64,000 bases of DNA, taken from the NCBI GenBank assembly GCA_964016885.1, contig OZ024741.1, positions 212,040,001 to 212,104,000 of the forward strand, read 5' to 3'. Shown one piece after another: positions 38,141 through 54,798 of this stretch. The notes beneath the pieces are model-generated. The model was not told the origin of the DNA, did no database searches, and worked only from the letters and a program-made list of their open reading frames with translations. The stretch's first letter is position 1, and the number at the start of each line of letters is the position of its first letter. A program made the translations under genes and the position numbers. The DNA is from Eledone cirrhosa (taxonomy: Eukaryota).

Positions 38141-38522
38141 TTACTAAATAAAACAAGAAAAAGAAATATGTCAACGAGGAGAATAAATCTTAATTTCGAT
38201 AGGAGTGTCTTTCCAACATAAGGTTTAGTCTTGTCAAGAGTTTTGGATCTGGAGAATTGACCAGTTCTTCTTGGTTAGTCACCTATTAATTAAACGTCTA
38301 ATGCTCTCGATTTGGCATTTCAATGGTTTTACAATTCACAGACAGAGGCGTTCCTATCTGTCTCTCTCCATCGCGCGTTCTTGTCTCTGTATGTATATAT
38401 ATATGCTTATATATATATATATATATACGTACATACGTACGTATATACATATACATACACACATACGTATATACATATCAATTTATATATATATATATAT
38501 ATATATATACAAATCAATTTGT

Positions 38523-38610
<88 letters not shown>

Positions 38611-38650
38611 TACGTGTAAACAATTCAATTTATATATATATATATATATA

Positions 38651-38965
38651 TTGGTAAACGGAAAAGAAAATGCTGACAAATTGTTCCCAGTGAAAAATAG
38701 TTTAATTAGGAATAAGTAAAAATTAGTAATAGTATTGGTTAGTATTCAGTTTTGGTTTTAAGTTTTACCGGTTGCGCATTTCTAATGCTTTTCAAAAATA
38801 ATTTTGAGATAGAGCGCCCGTGATGTTTACTCTAATCTGATTAGTTTTGGAAATTCTACCTGTTTTATGTGAAAAAAGTGGCTCCGGATGTATTAAAATA
38901 AGTTTCGCGCCAATTCGTGTTGCAAAAATTCTTGTGGTCAAAACAATTTTTATTGGTCCGTAGAG
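38651..38965. repeat. Unclassified dispersed repeat (second copy 41140-41565)
   Basis: Both copies start ttggtaaacggaa.agaaaatgctgacaaattgttc immediately after a (TA)n tract. Confidence 0.8.
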
Positions 38966-39178
38966 GTCATACTATCGACGCCACCCCATCTATGGTTCAG
39001 CTAACCACTCGACTCCCGGGAATGAATATGACCGCAGCTAGTAAACAAGGATCCACACCCCACCCTCCCGCACCAAAATTAGACTTATTGTCCCCTACTT
39101 TTGCTCTTTACTCTCTTTACTCTTTGTTCTTGAATGTTTGGTTGGTAGAGTCCATAGCACCAATCAAACCCCTTTTAT

Positions 39179-39225
39179 AGCTCTGACGAATCCTACGGTT
39201 ACGTAAGGAAGAAACATTGTAAGCC
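39179..39225 (+). ncRNA. Minimal type I hammerhead ribozyme (PLE-type)
   Basis: gct-CTGACGA-a-tcctacg/cgtaagga-a-GAAAC-attGTA-agc, then AATAAA. Confidence 0.72.
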
Positions 39226-39269
39226 AATAAAAATCTTTTGATGTTGTAGACGCTCTTGTGTTCTTTATC

Positions 39270-39303
<34 letters not shown>

Positions 39304-39734
39304 ATGTGTGTGTGTGAGGGGGTCTATAAAAAGATATAAAAAGGAGACATACTCGTTAGCATACAATCTTTCCAGCCTAGACTGAAATGGGTCCTATTAG
39401 TTTTTTAAAATGCCCGAGTCACAACACTTGGCATGATGACCCACTTCAACAGGGTTTCCCAACCTTGGTGATATCCCCCACCGGGGATGATTTCAGCTGT
39501 TGGGTCGGTGTTGTGCAACTGAACAGAAAATGGTAGGCGAACGGATATGTTGGTGGGTGATATAAGTTTATTGAGAACGTATTTCAACGTATGGTACCCG
39601 AGAAAAATATATTGGAAGGAGATGCAAAGTCTAAAAAAATAAAAATAAAAACCCCAAAACCAGCAATGAACCAGTAAAGTAACACATTTTTAGTAAATAT
39701 TTTTTATATGATTTTTAATAATTACTATGCAGCT

Positions 39735-40340
39735 GAGGGCGGTGGGTTGGCAGTATCGGTAGAAGGTCGGACGCCCTGCTTTGCTGCATAGAGTTACGGC
39801 CTTTTATGATCTGAGTTCAACTCCCGCCGAGGTTAATTTTGCCTTTTATCCTTACGGTGTCGATAAAATAAAGTAGCAGTCACGCACTGCGGTCGATTTA
39901 ATCGAGTTCCCCTCCCCCTAAATTGCTGACCTTGTGCCTATATAAGAAACCAATATTTACAATACAGGTGGGTGGTGAAAGGTTTTTCCATGCGAAAGTG
40001 GGCAATGCCCCCCCCCCCCCCCCAAAAAAAGGTTGGGTATCCCGGCTATAGACAGAAAGAATGTGGCCAGCAGCCGCTTAGAAGAATCAAACACCATACA
40101 TCGCAAATTCCACCTGTAATCTTTACAAGGTTAATATTGGTTTCTTATATAGGCACAAGGCCACTAATTTGGGGGGGGGGGGAGTCGATTATATCGACCC
40201 CAGTGCGTGACTGGTACTTTATTTTATCGACCCTGTAAGGATGAAAGGCAAAGTTAACCTCGGCGGGATTTGAACTCAGTTCATAAAGGGCCGTAATTCT
40301 ATGTTGCAAAGCATGGCAATGTTGATATTCTCGGCCGGAC
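39735..40340. mobile_element. Two SINE family 1 copies in opposite orientation (39735-39958 +, 40132-40340 -)
   Basis: Same body as the copy at 35872. Confidence 0.82.
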
Positions 40341-40628
40341 ATAAGTTGTGGTAGGATCATTATCACAGCTTTACTAGTGACAGGAGACGGGATATGAACT
40401 TAGAACGTTTAAGCGACAGATCAAATACGGCGAAGCATCATGGCTGACTTTTAACATTTTGTAAAGATATATGCCAAATATGGCAGGACTGAAATTGTGG
40501 AATCCATCGAAACTTGTTGCATGTGTTGTAATTTCAAAACGCTTGACTAAATACATTCTCTCCCTCTCCCTCATATATATACACACACACACACACACGC
40601 GCGCACATATATATACGCACACACACAC

Positions 40629-40663
<35 letters not shown>

Positions 40664-41007
40664 CCTCTTTTTATCTATAAATATGTATATATATATATAC
40701 ATATCACCCTCTTTTTATCTATAAATATGTATATATATGTGTGTGTGTGTCTGTGTGTTTATTCTCTCAATTTGTATATGTATTTATGTGTATGTATCCG
40801 TCTTTCTTTAAACATGTCCCCGTAACATGTAAAGGGTATTGGGTCGTATCTGAGTCATGTTCGTGGAATTTCTCAAATTTCACAGTCGTCTGCGTCAGGC
40901 AAAATGGAACATCAATTTTCAATTGACAGCTGTTTATTGAACTGACTCACAGGAATCGATATATATATATATATGTGTATATGTTTGTATGAATGTGCTA
41001 TATATAC

Positions 41008-41060
<53 letters not shown>

Positions 41061-41107
41061 GTGTATATATATATCTATATATGTATATATATATATATGT
41101 AAATACA

Positions 41108-41140
<33 letters not shown>

Positions 41141-41619
41141 TGGTAAACGGAATAGAAAATGCTGACAAATTGTTCACAGTTGAAAAATGGTTTAATTAGG
41201 AATAAAAGAGTATTAGTGATTGTATGGGTTAGTATTCAGTTGTGGTTTTAAGTTTTTAAGTTTTTACCGGTTGCGCATTTCTAAATGCTTTTCAAAAATA
41301 ATTTTGAGATAGAGTGTCCGTGCTGTTTGCTCTGATCTGATTAGTTTTGGGAATTCTACCTGTTTTTATGTTAAAAAAATGGCTCCAGCGTTATTTTTGT
41401 GTTGCAAAAATGCTTGTGGTCAAAACAATTTTGATTGGTCGGTAGAGGTAATGTGAATGTAAAAAGTTGATTTTGCGACAAAACTGTTTTTATGTTAAAA
41501 TGTTAGAAAAGTGGCTCCAGCAAAAATTATGGTCAAAACAATTTTGTTTGGTCGGTAGAGGTCATGTGGATAAAAAATTGGTTTTGCTCCAAGATTGAGA
41601 AATGACTCTTTCACAACAA

Positions 41620-41656
<37 letters not shown>

Positions 41657-42084
41657 TGTGTGTGTGTGTGTGTGTGTGTAGTAGTAGTAGTAGTAAGGTG
41701 TTCGATGCTGCGACAATAGCCACCAGCGATGTGTGTCAAATGGCTATTAAGATAAGTGTGTGTGTATGTGTGTGTGTGTGTGTGTGCGTACATACACACA
41801 GCAGAGTCATTCGAAGGTCAAAAGATATTTTTCAGCTTTTGTCCTATACGCAGAAGTGCGCGTGTGTGTGTGTGTGTGTATAAGTCTCTTTGTATGTTGA
41901 TGTACGCGTGTGTATGTGTTTGTGTATATACGTGTGTGTGTGTGTGTGTGTGCGTGTGTGGGTGGACCAGTATTCTTTTCCCCCCTGGTAAAATGGTGTA
42001 CATTATTCGATTTTTTCAGTAAAATCGGTTCTCTTAATAGAACATCAACAATCTTAACAATAAAAGGTGTGAAATGATATTCAC

Positions 42085-42120
<36 letters not shown>

Positions 42121-42391
42121 TACACATTTTTTCACTACATATATATATATATATATACATACATACATACATATATATGCACATATATTTTTTTGTATTG
42201 CACCATAGAGCATGTGTGTTTACGTGTGTCATTGTGTTTATATGTGGGTAGAGATGTGTGCTGATGTAGGTATGTATGTTGACGTGTGTATGTTGTGGGT
42301 TCGTCTTAGGGAGAAGTGTTTAGACGGGGTCCGTATTTGTTAATGAAGTAAGATTCCTTGCTGATGCGCTGGGTGTGGGTGGCATTATCTT

Positions 42392-44702
<2,311 letters not shown>

Positions 44703-44974
44703 GATGAATGCATATAGAGACAAAAAATATATTGAGGGGGTCATGTTCAATCATTCATGCAAAAATATGAGCCTGTGTATGTGTGTACTAGAGGGAGTAT
44801 TCAGGCATGTATGTTTGTGTATGCGTGCGTGTGTGTGTATATTATTTGTAGTCATTTCTCTGTGCTTCAAAGCTACCTCCATATTTTCCTTTCGGGTGTC
44901 ATTCTAAGTACTTATTTTAATGATGCGTGAAGACGTCTCCATTAAGTCCCCGCCTTATACGCCATAGTAAACAT

Positions 44975-45350
44975 CACCGCCGCAACCTGGTGCAGTCTGC
45001 GACTAACCCAGGTTCGGCTGCACGTCGGGCTGAGGAGGCCAAACTCTCCAAATGCCGGTCGCTCTCTGACAGGTTTGCGGTTGTACCTTTGGCAGTGGAG
45101 ACTGGTGTCTTCGGCCCTAGGGCTCCCTCCCTACTCACCACCATAGGCGCTGAGCTGGCTAGCCGCAGGTGTGAACCTCACGAGCTGGAATGGCTTTTCC
45201 AGCGCGTCTCCCTCGCCGTCCTCCGAGGAAACGCCTTCTCCATTCTGTCCGCCGGGGCTGTGGGGGAGGCCAACAATTGACCGACTTGTCATTTTATCAG
45301 TCAACTGTTGTTGTCGTTAACATCTGTCAGTCTCGTAACTTAAATAAAAT
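44975..45350 (+). mobile_element. 3' fragment of a CRE-like RLE non-LTR retrotransposon
   Basis: AEEAKLSK..VPLAVETG..WLFQRVSLAVLRGNA C-terminal RLE signature, then AATAAA. A ~45-bp match recurs at 49954-49999. Confidence 0.7.
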
Positions 45351-45452
45351 ACTAGATATTTAAGTCACTGGTAAGAAACAAGTGAACAGAGCTAACCAAG
45401 CATAGCATGTGATGTGCTTGAAAACAAGGATTCTTCTTTGTTGTTTAATGAC

Positions 45453-46675
45453 CAACAGCTGGCCCCCACCTTTGATGACTTTGAGATGCACGCATCTCTC
45501 TGTCAGCTCGAACGTGGGGGTGGGGTTGTCGTTCTGCTGCAAAAATATCTGGGTCTCGCAACACAGACGGTACATTTGGACCCGGGGGGGTCGACTAGTG
45601 TTTTTGGACCTTGGCAGTGGTGAAGGCGGAGCGTTTAGGTTGGTAGCCGTCTACGGCCCTTTCGGTTCAATGCGGCCGGACTTCTTCCATCGTCTGGAGA
45701 CTTTTCTAGGGACGTCCCGCTACTTGCTATTAGTGGGGAACTGGACTGGTATCCTAGATGCACGTTGGGACTACGTAGAGGCCTGTCCCGATAGAGCGGG
45801 GTGTAATAGCCTCAAAGGGTTAATGAGTCGATTTGACCTGGCCGACAGATATCGACTAGATTTTCAGACTCCGCCAACCTGGACTTGGGAAAACCGCAGC
45901 GGATCATCTAGGTCGTACCTAGATAGGTTCTTAGTTAGAAATAAGGATAAGGACTTTTTAAGTTGTCCAAAAATGCGCATGGTTGGCTATTCAGACCACA
46001 AGTTAGTGACCTGCATGGTCAACCTTGACAGAACGCATAGACAGGGACCCGGTTACTGGAAGCTCAACTTGTCCTTACCGGCAAGTAAGGCTTACAGGGA
46101 CCGGATTAGCACTTTAGTTAAGGAGCGGTTGACGGGCGCCATCGTCAACAGCAGGTGGTGGGCATCTCTCAAAAGAGAGATTAGAATAGTCTCTATAGAA
46201 TTTAGTAAGGAGTTAGCCTCAAATAGAAATAGGAAGGAAACGGAGTTGGTAGATAATGTAGAAGAGGAAATTAGAAGCGGCGACGTGGCCAGAGTGCTAG
46301 CGTCGAGAACGGCCCTGGTCCAGTTCTTCGACGCGAAACACGAAGGCTGCATCGTCCGAAGCAAAATACGTGCTCTGGGAAACGAGGGGACCAAAGCTGT
46401 TAGCTGGGCCCGCGTGACAGAAGCCAAAAGAGGGAGTAGATCCACCATCCGGTCTTTGCGAGACCAGGATGGATGGGTGATCCTTGAACCTAAGCAGATG
46501 TGCGAGGCTTTTCAAAAGCACTTTGCCAGATTGTTCGGTAGGGCGGGGATCCGGATGGGGAAGTGGACTTCGGTCCAGACCTCCACGGCCTACCGCGTCT
46601 CTCGGACTGGGAGGCGAAGTCCTGCGAGGAGCCGATTTCAGCCGCTGAGATAGAGGACGTGCTGAGCCAATGCGG
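45453..46675 (+). mobile_element. Internal fragment of a Tx1-like ORF2 (APE plus linker)
   Basis: Clear homology to A/B/C ORF2 (SYLDR, SDHKL, GPGYWKLN). No 5' or 3' end present. Confidence 0.92.
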
Positions 46676-46829
46676 GATATGTCTCATATGAAATAATACA
46701 GCCAATTTTCCACGCAATTCTTTTAGTGAGCACCCCAAACGCATAATTGGGAATATAATCACTTATTTCCTAATGTTTGTTGAGTGAGCTGGAATTTGGC
46801 CGGAGTATCGCTAAAAAGCTTTCTCCGAT

Positions 46830-46904
<75 letters not shown>

Positions 46905-47131
46905 CGTGAGAGTGTATATACAACAATACATTGTCATCTTGCCTGACGGTTTGAATTTTAAAACACCACATGCCTCTTTGAGGTCGAATATCAACCCTAC
47001 TACCATCTACAATCTGACCAATGAGAATCAAGACTATTCCTGCTGACAACATTAAATTATTCCTAACAAGCTCATATGTCCCAAGGCTCTGATACCATCA
47101 ACACTATAAACACAGAGCTGGCATATCTAAG

Positions 47132-47181
47132 AACTGAGATCATAGCCATTCAATGGCTATCATCGAAATATATATAGCAGT
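47132..47181 (+). ncRNA. Damaged hammerhead (core partly deleted), related to 61566-61620
   Basis: atagccatt/aatggctat helix II and GAAA-tatatata-gcagt-aaataaa are present; the CUGANGA box is incomplete. Confidence 0.5.
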
Positions 47182-47222
47182 AAATAAAGGATTACGAGTT
47201 CATGCAATTGACTTATGTTTCG

Positions 47223-47291
<69 letters not shown>

Positions 47292-47873
47292 TCCCTAAAA
47301 CCATATTCCAATAATAGAATTCATCTTACACTCCTGCTGCTGTCATAGAATTTCCCTCTATCTTACAATTCCTTTTTGAACTTTTGACCAGTCAATTAAC
47401 ACAATCAGATATACACACACAGATATACAGGCTGTTTCCTTTGTCCCCCAAAACAACTTTGTTCTGTGATGAAACATATCTGATGCTATCTTCACTACCA
47501 CCTCTCTATTAACAAGAACTCATTCTCTAGCCAAATTTTGAACAATAAAGATGGGGAAAAAACTCACTCCAACATTTGATTTTAATTTCAAATCTTTAAA
47601 TTTTAGTTTTTAACTCCTATTCATTCTTTCTAGTTATTTATTTCAATACTCAACATTTGATAAGATGAATTTTAATAATACATCGAAAGCGGTAATACTT
47701 TATATATTTTATATACATTAATAAACTTTAAACAAAAAATGTTTCAATGATGTCACTTTGACGAATCAAAGAAAGAATAAAAAAGAAAAACAGACCCTTA
47801 AATATATTTTCCGTGCCATTTCCAACATCAGCTTTTCTCTATATCCACTGTTTTGTATAGAACCTTACTTTCC

Positions 47874-47949
<76 letters not shown>

Positions 47950-48054
47950 ATCGAGTACTCTGATGCGTTATGGTCCACCTGGTTCTTTACCATACTTCCT
48001 TCGTTAAGCTCCTCAGATTAGTATTAACATGTAGACTCGTGTCTACATGTTAAC

Positions 48055-48146
48055 GCATATCTGACGAGCTTCCGATTCCAGAATCAGGTTCGATCATTAA
48101 TCGACCGTTCCTCGAGCTTATCGACAGTGAAACATATGTAATATGT
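48055..48146 (+). ncRNA. Hammerhead ribozyme with 61-nt helix II region
   Basis: gcatat-CTGACGA...GAAAC-atatGTA-atatgt; 6-bp stem I; palindromic ACATATGT. Confidence 0.68.
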
Positions 48147-48282
48147 AATTAAATATATATATGATGCAACACTGATTCTTTGTTCCCTTATATATTACTG
48201 TTATTGATATTCTGCTCCCCAATTGCATCGAGTGCTCATTCGGCATCCCGCCTACGGACGCAATTAAATTGCACCTTTAATA

Positions 48283-48352
<70 letters not shown>

Positions 48353-48422
48353 AAGGTTGCTTGTATGCGTCCACAGGTGGTATGGCCGTTGAGCACTCTA
48401 TGCTCCTTCGGAGCAGAGTATA

Positions 48423-48831
48423 ATAATATGAAAACGAAGAATCAGTGATGCATCAGAACACAATTTATTACGTGTACAATTGTTTCTCCGGCGAACAGCT
48501 CGAGGTGCGATCTGTTTGTGACAGCTCACGCATGAATGGAAATAGTCAGTGGGCAGATACGAATTGTCAAACACACAGATGACGATTCTAACTATCAACC
48601 AATCGACGGGCCGCGTATACAGGATGATGGCAGATGATTGAAATTTGAAGGATCGGAGTCCAGTAGAAAGAGGATTTGCTTCGAAATCACTAGAGGTATC
48701 TGAGGAACTTGCGATTCCAGAGTGTGGTTCTTTCCACATAAATATCGCACCTGGAGCTGTTCGCCGGAGAAATAATTGTAATACGTAATAAATTGTGTTT
48801 CGATGCATCACTGATTCTTCGTTTTCCATAT

Positions 48832-48836
<5 letters not shown>
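48423..48836 (+). mobile_element. PLE 3'-end fragment with an inverted 5' copy of its tail; hammerhead at 48696-48784
   Basis: ~90-bp inverted repeat (48423-48510 vs 48745-48835). gtat-CTGAGGA...GAAA-taattGTA-atac, then AATAAA. Homologous to 48055-48200. Confidence 0.65.
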
Positions 48837-48875
<39 letters not shown>

Positions 48876-49454
48876 GTACATACATGTGTGTGTTACTATG
48901 CATAAATATGCAGCGAGAACGAGAGAGAGAGAGAGTGTGGGGGGGGGGGGGGGCTACGAATTGAATCCCATGGATGGGTTAGTACTTTATTTATCAATCC
49001 CGAAAGGATGGAAATCAAGTTTAACCTCGGCATTATTTGAACTCAAACCACAGAAAGCTGTAAAAAGTTGTAAAAAGAAACACCAGGAAGTACTCTAGCT
49101 GATATTTTCACGACTTAAGCTCCAAATTCTGTACAGTAATTTTTTAATACAACAATACGTAAATGAGTTTCTAGTGTGTTCGGAATAGTTATAGTTCTAA
49201 TATACTTTCTGTGACTGATCACAAATGCTATCCTAGAGAAAGTAATTTGTTTGATTAGGAAACCGAGTCTGTTTTCGACGTGTTTTTGGTGTCAAGAAAC
49301 AGTAATAAATGCGACAGGTTTGTGAATGGGGAAACTTCCATTGCGCTGATTTATGAAGTTGTTTACTGCAAACCAAGACAAACATTTCAACACACACACA
49401 CACACACACAGACACACACACACTCAGACACACGCACACACACATTTATGCACA

Positions 49455-49489
<35 letters not shown>

Positions 49490-49778
49490 GCACACTCACT
49501 CATACATACATATAGAATCACACACACTCATTCACACACACACACACATCCACATTCATTAACTCTCTCTCTCCCAGAAACATACACTCAGACACACACA
49601 CGCACACACATACACACGCACACAGACAACTACTAAAGATCTCAACATTCATAGCAGCTTTGCAACTGCCTTAATCCCTCCCCCCCCGTAAACGTATGAT
49701 GTGTAATTGTGTTAAAACCACACAAGAATATATGTGTATACACACACACACACATACACACACATAGACATATCTATA

Positions 49779-49817
<39 letters not shown>

Positions 49818-50440
49818 CTGTGTAATTAAAGAGTTAACTTACCAGTCATGTAATTGTGGTTTCAATCCTGCAGCGCGGCATGTTAGGCAAATCAACTTAA
49901 GAAAATCAACAGAGGGGACAATACAACGAACGAAAACAAGGCAACAAGGGCGGGGAAACGCCTTCTCCATTCTGTCCACCGGGGCTGTGGGAAGGCCAGC
50001 ACGTGGAACACCATTTTCTCACTATTCGGAGAGATGGGGAGTTCGAGAGATATGGAGGCGATGACAGTTGGTGTTCGACTCTTCCAGGTTCGGACCATAT
50101 CCTCGTGGTTGTGTTCATTTAATGCTATTAAATTCCTTTTAGTCATTCATTAGAAAAGACTATTGGAAAGGACTACTACTACAAGGTTCCCCTTAAAAAT
50201 ATTGTTTTAAAAAATACATACGAAAGACACATAACTACAGGGTCATCTTCCGTTGGGGTGGACTTTGGCAGTTTCGACCCCTACCAACGGTACTACCGTG
50301 ACCCAGGGTAGCAGCGTCTGATACAAGCCAAACACTGTCCAGTAGAAAGATAAAACATTAATTTATAGCAACTAAGCAATAACAAGTACACGTAGAATGT
50401 ATAACGTCATGAAAAACTGTGGAGCTTCTTATAGCACTAT

Positions 50441-50479
<39 letters not shown>

Positions 50480-50518
50480 GAATTCACAAGAATCAAAGCT
50501 ATGTTCAATGCATTTATT

Positions 50519-50565
50519 CACTTACAATTGTTTCATCCAAACCTAGGCTTGGAGTCTTCGGAGCA
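50519..50565 (-). ncRNA. Hammerhead motif in the inverted pLTR copy (CCGAAGA core variant)
   Basis: Reverse strand: tgct-CCGAAGA-c-tccaagc/gtttgga-t-GAAAC-aattGTA-agtg-AATAAA. Confidence 0.6.
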
Positions 50566-50924
50566 TTTTTCAATGTTTATACACATAATTGACCTCCTTT
50601 CCAACGCAAGAGGCATACAGATACATATATATATATTGATGTACAGTGGAGTGACATATATTATACTATATTATTTCTGTATAGCAATTCAAATTCAAAA
50701 TCAAAATCAAAATTAAAATTAAAACAAAATTAAAACAAAATTAAAATACATTCGGCAGTTAACACAGATAATGCAAGAGGATAGTTTGTTAATCAGATGT
50801 AGTAGTTAGTGTATGCATTAGTTACACGTGGGGCATGCAAGTGTGTCTCATTTATATATGATTATTGTGTGGCAGGGTGTTACATGTAATACAAGCACTT
50901 TAAGCGGGTAGAGTAAGAGTATTA

Positions 50925-52850
50925 CAACCATACACCCCAAACCCCCCTACATTCTCTCTGAAGGACCATAAGGAGGATGCCATTAGCAACCCCTCGATTA
51001 GACTAATCTGCCCTTCGAAGTCTGACATTGGCATTATCAGTAAGAAAATTTGAGATAAAATCATCCCACAGATTAAACACAAAATATACCTTAAAGAATG
51101 GGGAAATACAGGTGAAGTTATTGAATGGTTTAAGGATATCAAGGAAAACAAAGATAAACAATTTATTCAATTTGATATCAATTCATATTACACCTCTATT
51201 TCCCCTATCCTATTAAATAAGGCACTAATTATGGCCATGAACAATAGTAATCTGACTAGACCCCAGATTGATGTCATACTTGCGGCCCGTAAAACCGTAA
51301 TCACTTTTAAAGACCAGTTATGGACCCGCAAGGATACGCATAACAACTTCGACATAACCATGGGATCTAGTGACTCGGCGCAGGTCACTGATTTGGTGGG
51401 CCTATACTTACTAAACGAAATCCATAAGGACCTTCCATACCTCAACGGTGGTTTGTACCGCGATGATGGACTTCTTCTTATAGACTATAAACAAATTTAA
51501 TATAGAAATAACTAGAAAACGATTGCACAAGACTTTCAAAAACTATAACCTAAGTATCACCATAGACAAAAACACTAAAACGTTAACTTCCTAGATGCCA
51601 CTCTCTACCTAGACTCTAGGATATATACACCATTCCATAAACCTAACGAAACACTGATTTACGTAGATAGCAAGTCTAACCTCCCTAGATCAATATTAAA
51701 CTCTATCTCTAAGGTAATATCCAATAGAATCTCTAATCTATCTTATTACGAAAACATATTTCGCAAAAACTCACAATATTATAATCAGGCATTAGCTAGA
51801 TCAGGCCGTAATAATGAGATCGAGTTCCTACTACAAAAACACATAGTTACAACATTATTTCGCACGATATGTCCACGAGGAAAAATAGTAATAAGAATAA
51901 TAACCCCACACACACTAGTACGAAGGGTGGCAACAAACGTAACCCACACCAGGGAGGTCACCAAAATACCATAAACGGAAGCATCTCACCAGACATAAAA
52001 ACAAAAATAGAAGAAGAAATAATACATTTTTCAAACCCCCTTTCAATCTAAACGTCTCTAACAACCTACCCCAGGCTTTCTTCTCACTCCTGGATAAAAA
52101 CCTCTCATCTGGCCACAAGTACCATAGTCTTATAAACAAAAACACCATTAAAATCTCCTACTCTACCACGCCTAACATAGCATACCACATAGCTAGTAGC
52201 AATAACAGAAAAATTAATGCTTTCTTCCAACAAACTAAAACACGGCAGGGGTAAACCTTCAAAACAACGTTATATCTGCAAACCCTGATATCAATAGTAA
52301 TTATAGTAATAGCACTAGTGAAATCAATAACGCTGGGAGCGACAACCCCCATAGCCATAATGCAATACCTAGCAACCAGACTTCTACACAACATAATAAC
52401 CGGCAGGTTAACATCCAAAATAAATGTAACTGTAGATCTAATAGAACGTGCAATTAAATAAAAATGCTTAATCAAGGACATCATATACTCATGCACCGTC
52501 ATAACTAGCAACTCTTCTGAAACCTTTATAGGCTCTACTTCGAACTGCTTCAAAACCAGATACAATTCACACGTCCGTTCTTTCAAAAGACACAGTTTAG
52601 CCAACTCCACTTCACTATCTAGCTACATACACTATCTAAAAACTAGAAATAGATCTTATACACTTAAATGGGATGTGATATGTAAGGCGGCATCGTACAA
52701 ACCACCTAATAAATTCTGTAACCTCTGTCTACTAGAGACCCATGCTATAATCTTCCCAAACCATAACCTCCTTAATAAAAAATCGGAAGTGTTTGCGTCG
52801 TGCCAGCACCGCTTCCTGCACTCCTTCCAAAACATTAAACCCAATATATA
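50925..52850 (+). pseudogene. PLE reverse transcriptase plus GIY-YIG endonuclease, decayed
   Basis: LKDHKE..IRLICPSKSDIG, FIQFDI, FDITMGSSDSAQVTDLVGLYLL, GLYRDDGL; KCNC, IIY..FIGST..FKTRY, CNLCLLE, LLNKKSE, CQH. Confidence 0.88.
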
Positions 52851-54351
52851 ACAATGTCAGACTCGAACCCATCACCACTTCTAACACCACACCTCAAGGC
52901 CACACCTTACACCACAACTCCACACTCTCTGATCCACCCTATCTATAACTTTATACCCTATCTATAACTTTATACCCTAGAAATATCCCCATAAATACCT
53001 ACTTTTAGTATAATTGCTTTCAATTACTTATAATTATATAGTGATACAATACAGTCTATATAAGCTTTAAATACCAGATTCGACAATGAATTATATATGC
53101 AATTGTATTTATATGTATGGTGTGATAACATTGGATATATATAAAATTAATTTATTAACATGAGAGATCTGTCTAACTTATATGTTGAGTGCAATGAATT
53201 ATGTATGAATAGTATGTGAGTTATATATGCAAGTATAAATTGATGGATAGATTAATGACATTGTAAATGAGGGATGTATTTGTCTGCCATAGAGATGTAT
53301 TTGGCTTTGCCATGCAAACAGCCATACGCTGCTCCAGAACTCACCAGGGGTTATGTAGACATAATTCTAATAGGTCCCCTGATATGTTCTGAGAGAAGAC
53401 TACATTTGCAGTGAACTTTGATATAAAGATATGGCTCTTTGTATGGAGTATTCTGTTGTAGCATTGTATGATGGGGAGTAATCATCCTCATATAGATACC
53501 TTTAGTACATCATGATAGAGTAGACTGTATTTAAAATTAGAAACTGGATATAAATATATAACCGTCTATATAAGGGACTCAATTGAGACACCTTATAGTG
53601 TATGTTAGAACAATGAATTTAGTTATGGAAATCAGCTAGTTACCTCCCCTTACGCATTAACTCCCCTTAATTACACACATACTTCCGTATAATAAACCGC
53701 TGTAAATTCTCGCAGCAGAATCAACCTATTCTATAATTTTGGATTAAATAACACTGAGCCGCAATAAGCTAAAATAATTTAATTTTAATGCATTAAACAT
53801 CCAATACGGAATCATCGTTACTTATGTGATGGATTTAAAAACATATATGGCTCTTCCTGTTTGTGAAAATGGTGGTGGATACGAAAACCATAACTTTCTT
53901 TTGCTTCTCCTTTTTATTTTTATTTTTCTGCACACATACTTTTTTATTATATACAAAACATACCTTACCACTACAACCACCATAATACTCTTACTTACCC
54001 GCATAAAGTGCTTGTATTACATGTAACACCCTGCCACACAATAATCATATATAAATGAGACACACTTGCATGCCCCACGTGTAACTAACGCATACACTAA
54101 CTACTACATCTGATTAACAAACTATCCTCTTGTATTATCTGTGTTAACTGCAGAATACATTTTAATTTTGTTTTAATTTTGTTTTAATTTTGTTTTAATT
54201 TTAATTTTGATTTTGATTTTGAATTTGAATTGCTATACAGAAATAATATAGTATAATATATGTCACTCCACTGAACCTCAATATATATATATGTATCTGT
54301 ATGTCTCTTGCGTTGGAAAGGAGGTCAATTATGTGTACAAATATTGAAACA

Positions 54352-54398
54352 TGTTCCGAAGACACCAAGCCTAGGTTTGGATGAAACAATTGTAAGTG
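54352..54398 (+). ncRNA. Hammerhead motif at the PLE 3' end
   Basis: CCGAAGA..ccaagcctaggtttgg..GAAACAATTGTA, then AATAAA at 54399. Confidence 0.6.
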
Positions 54399-54594
54399 AA
54401 TAAATGGTTTGAACATAGCTTTGATTCTAATAAATTCTATATAACTGCTCTGTAGAACAACTGATGTTATTACATTGAGCTATTTATCTTACTGGTAATA
54501 AGGTAGTAATAAATTACTGACCTTCACTGCTTAGGGTTTAAAATATATATAACTATAACAAGTTTTAGTATATACATAACCATAAATAGTATCC

Positions 54595-54798
<204 letters not shown>

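Larger units (their letters stand above)
50476..54443 (+). mobile_element. Penelope-like element (probably Naiad-type), 5'-truncated with inverted terminal copy
   Basis: Inverted repeat 50476-50924 / 53985-54443 brackets the decayed coding region and long 3' region. Confidence 0.87.

Noticed and set aside
48423-48836. MITE with ~90-bp TIRs
   Set aside because: The right arm contains the 3' half of a hammerhead plus AATAAA and matches the single-ended copy at 48130-48200, so a PLE 5' inversion fits better.
51050-51053. In-frame TGA in the PLE RT as possible selenocysteine (some Naiads encode Sec)
   Set aside because: It falls at an expected Leu (KI*DK), not a Cys, and the element is decayed. 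The stop in the second PLE (63080) is TAA.
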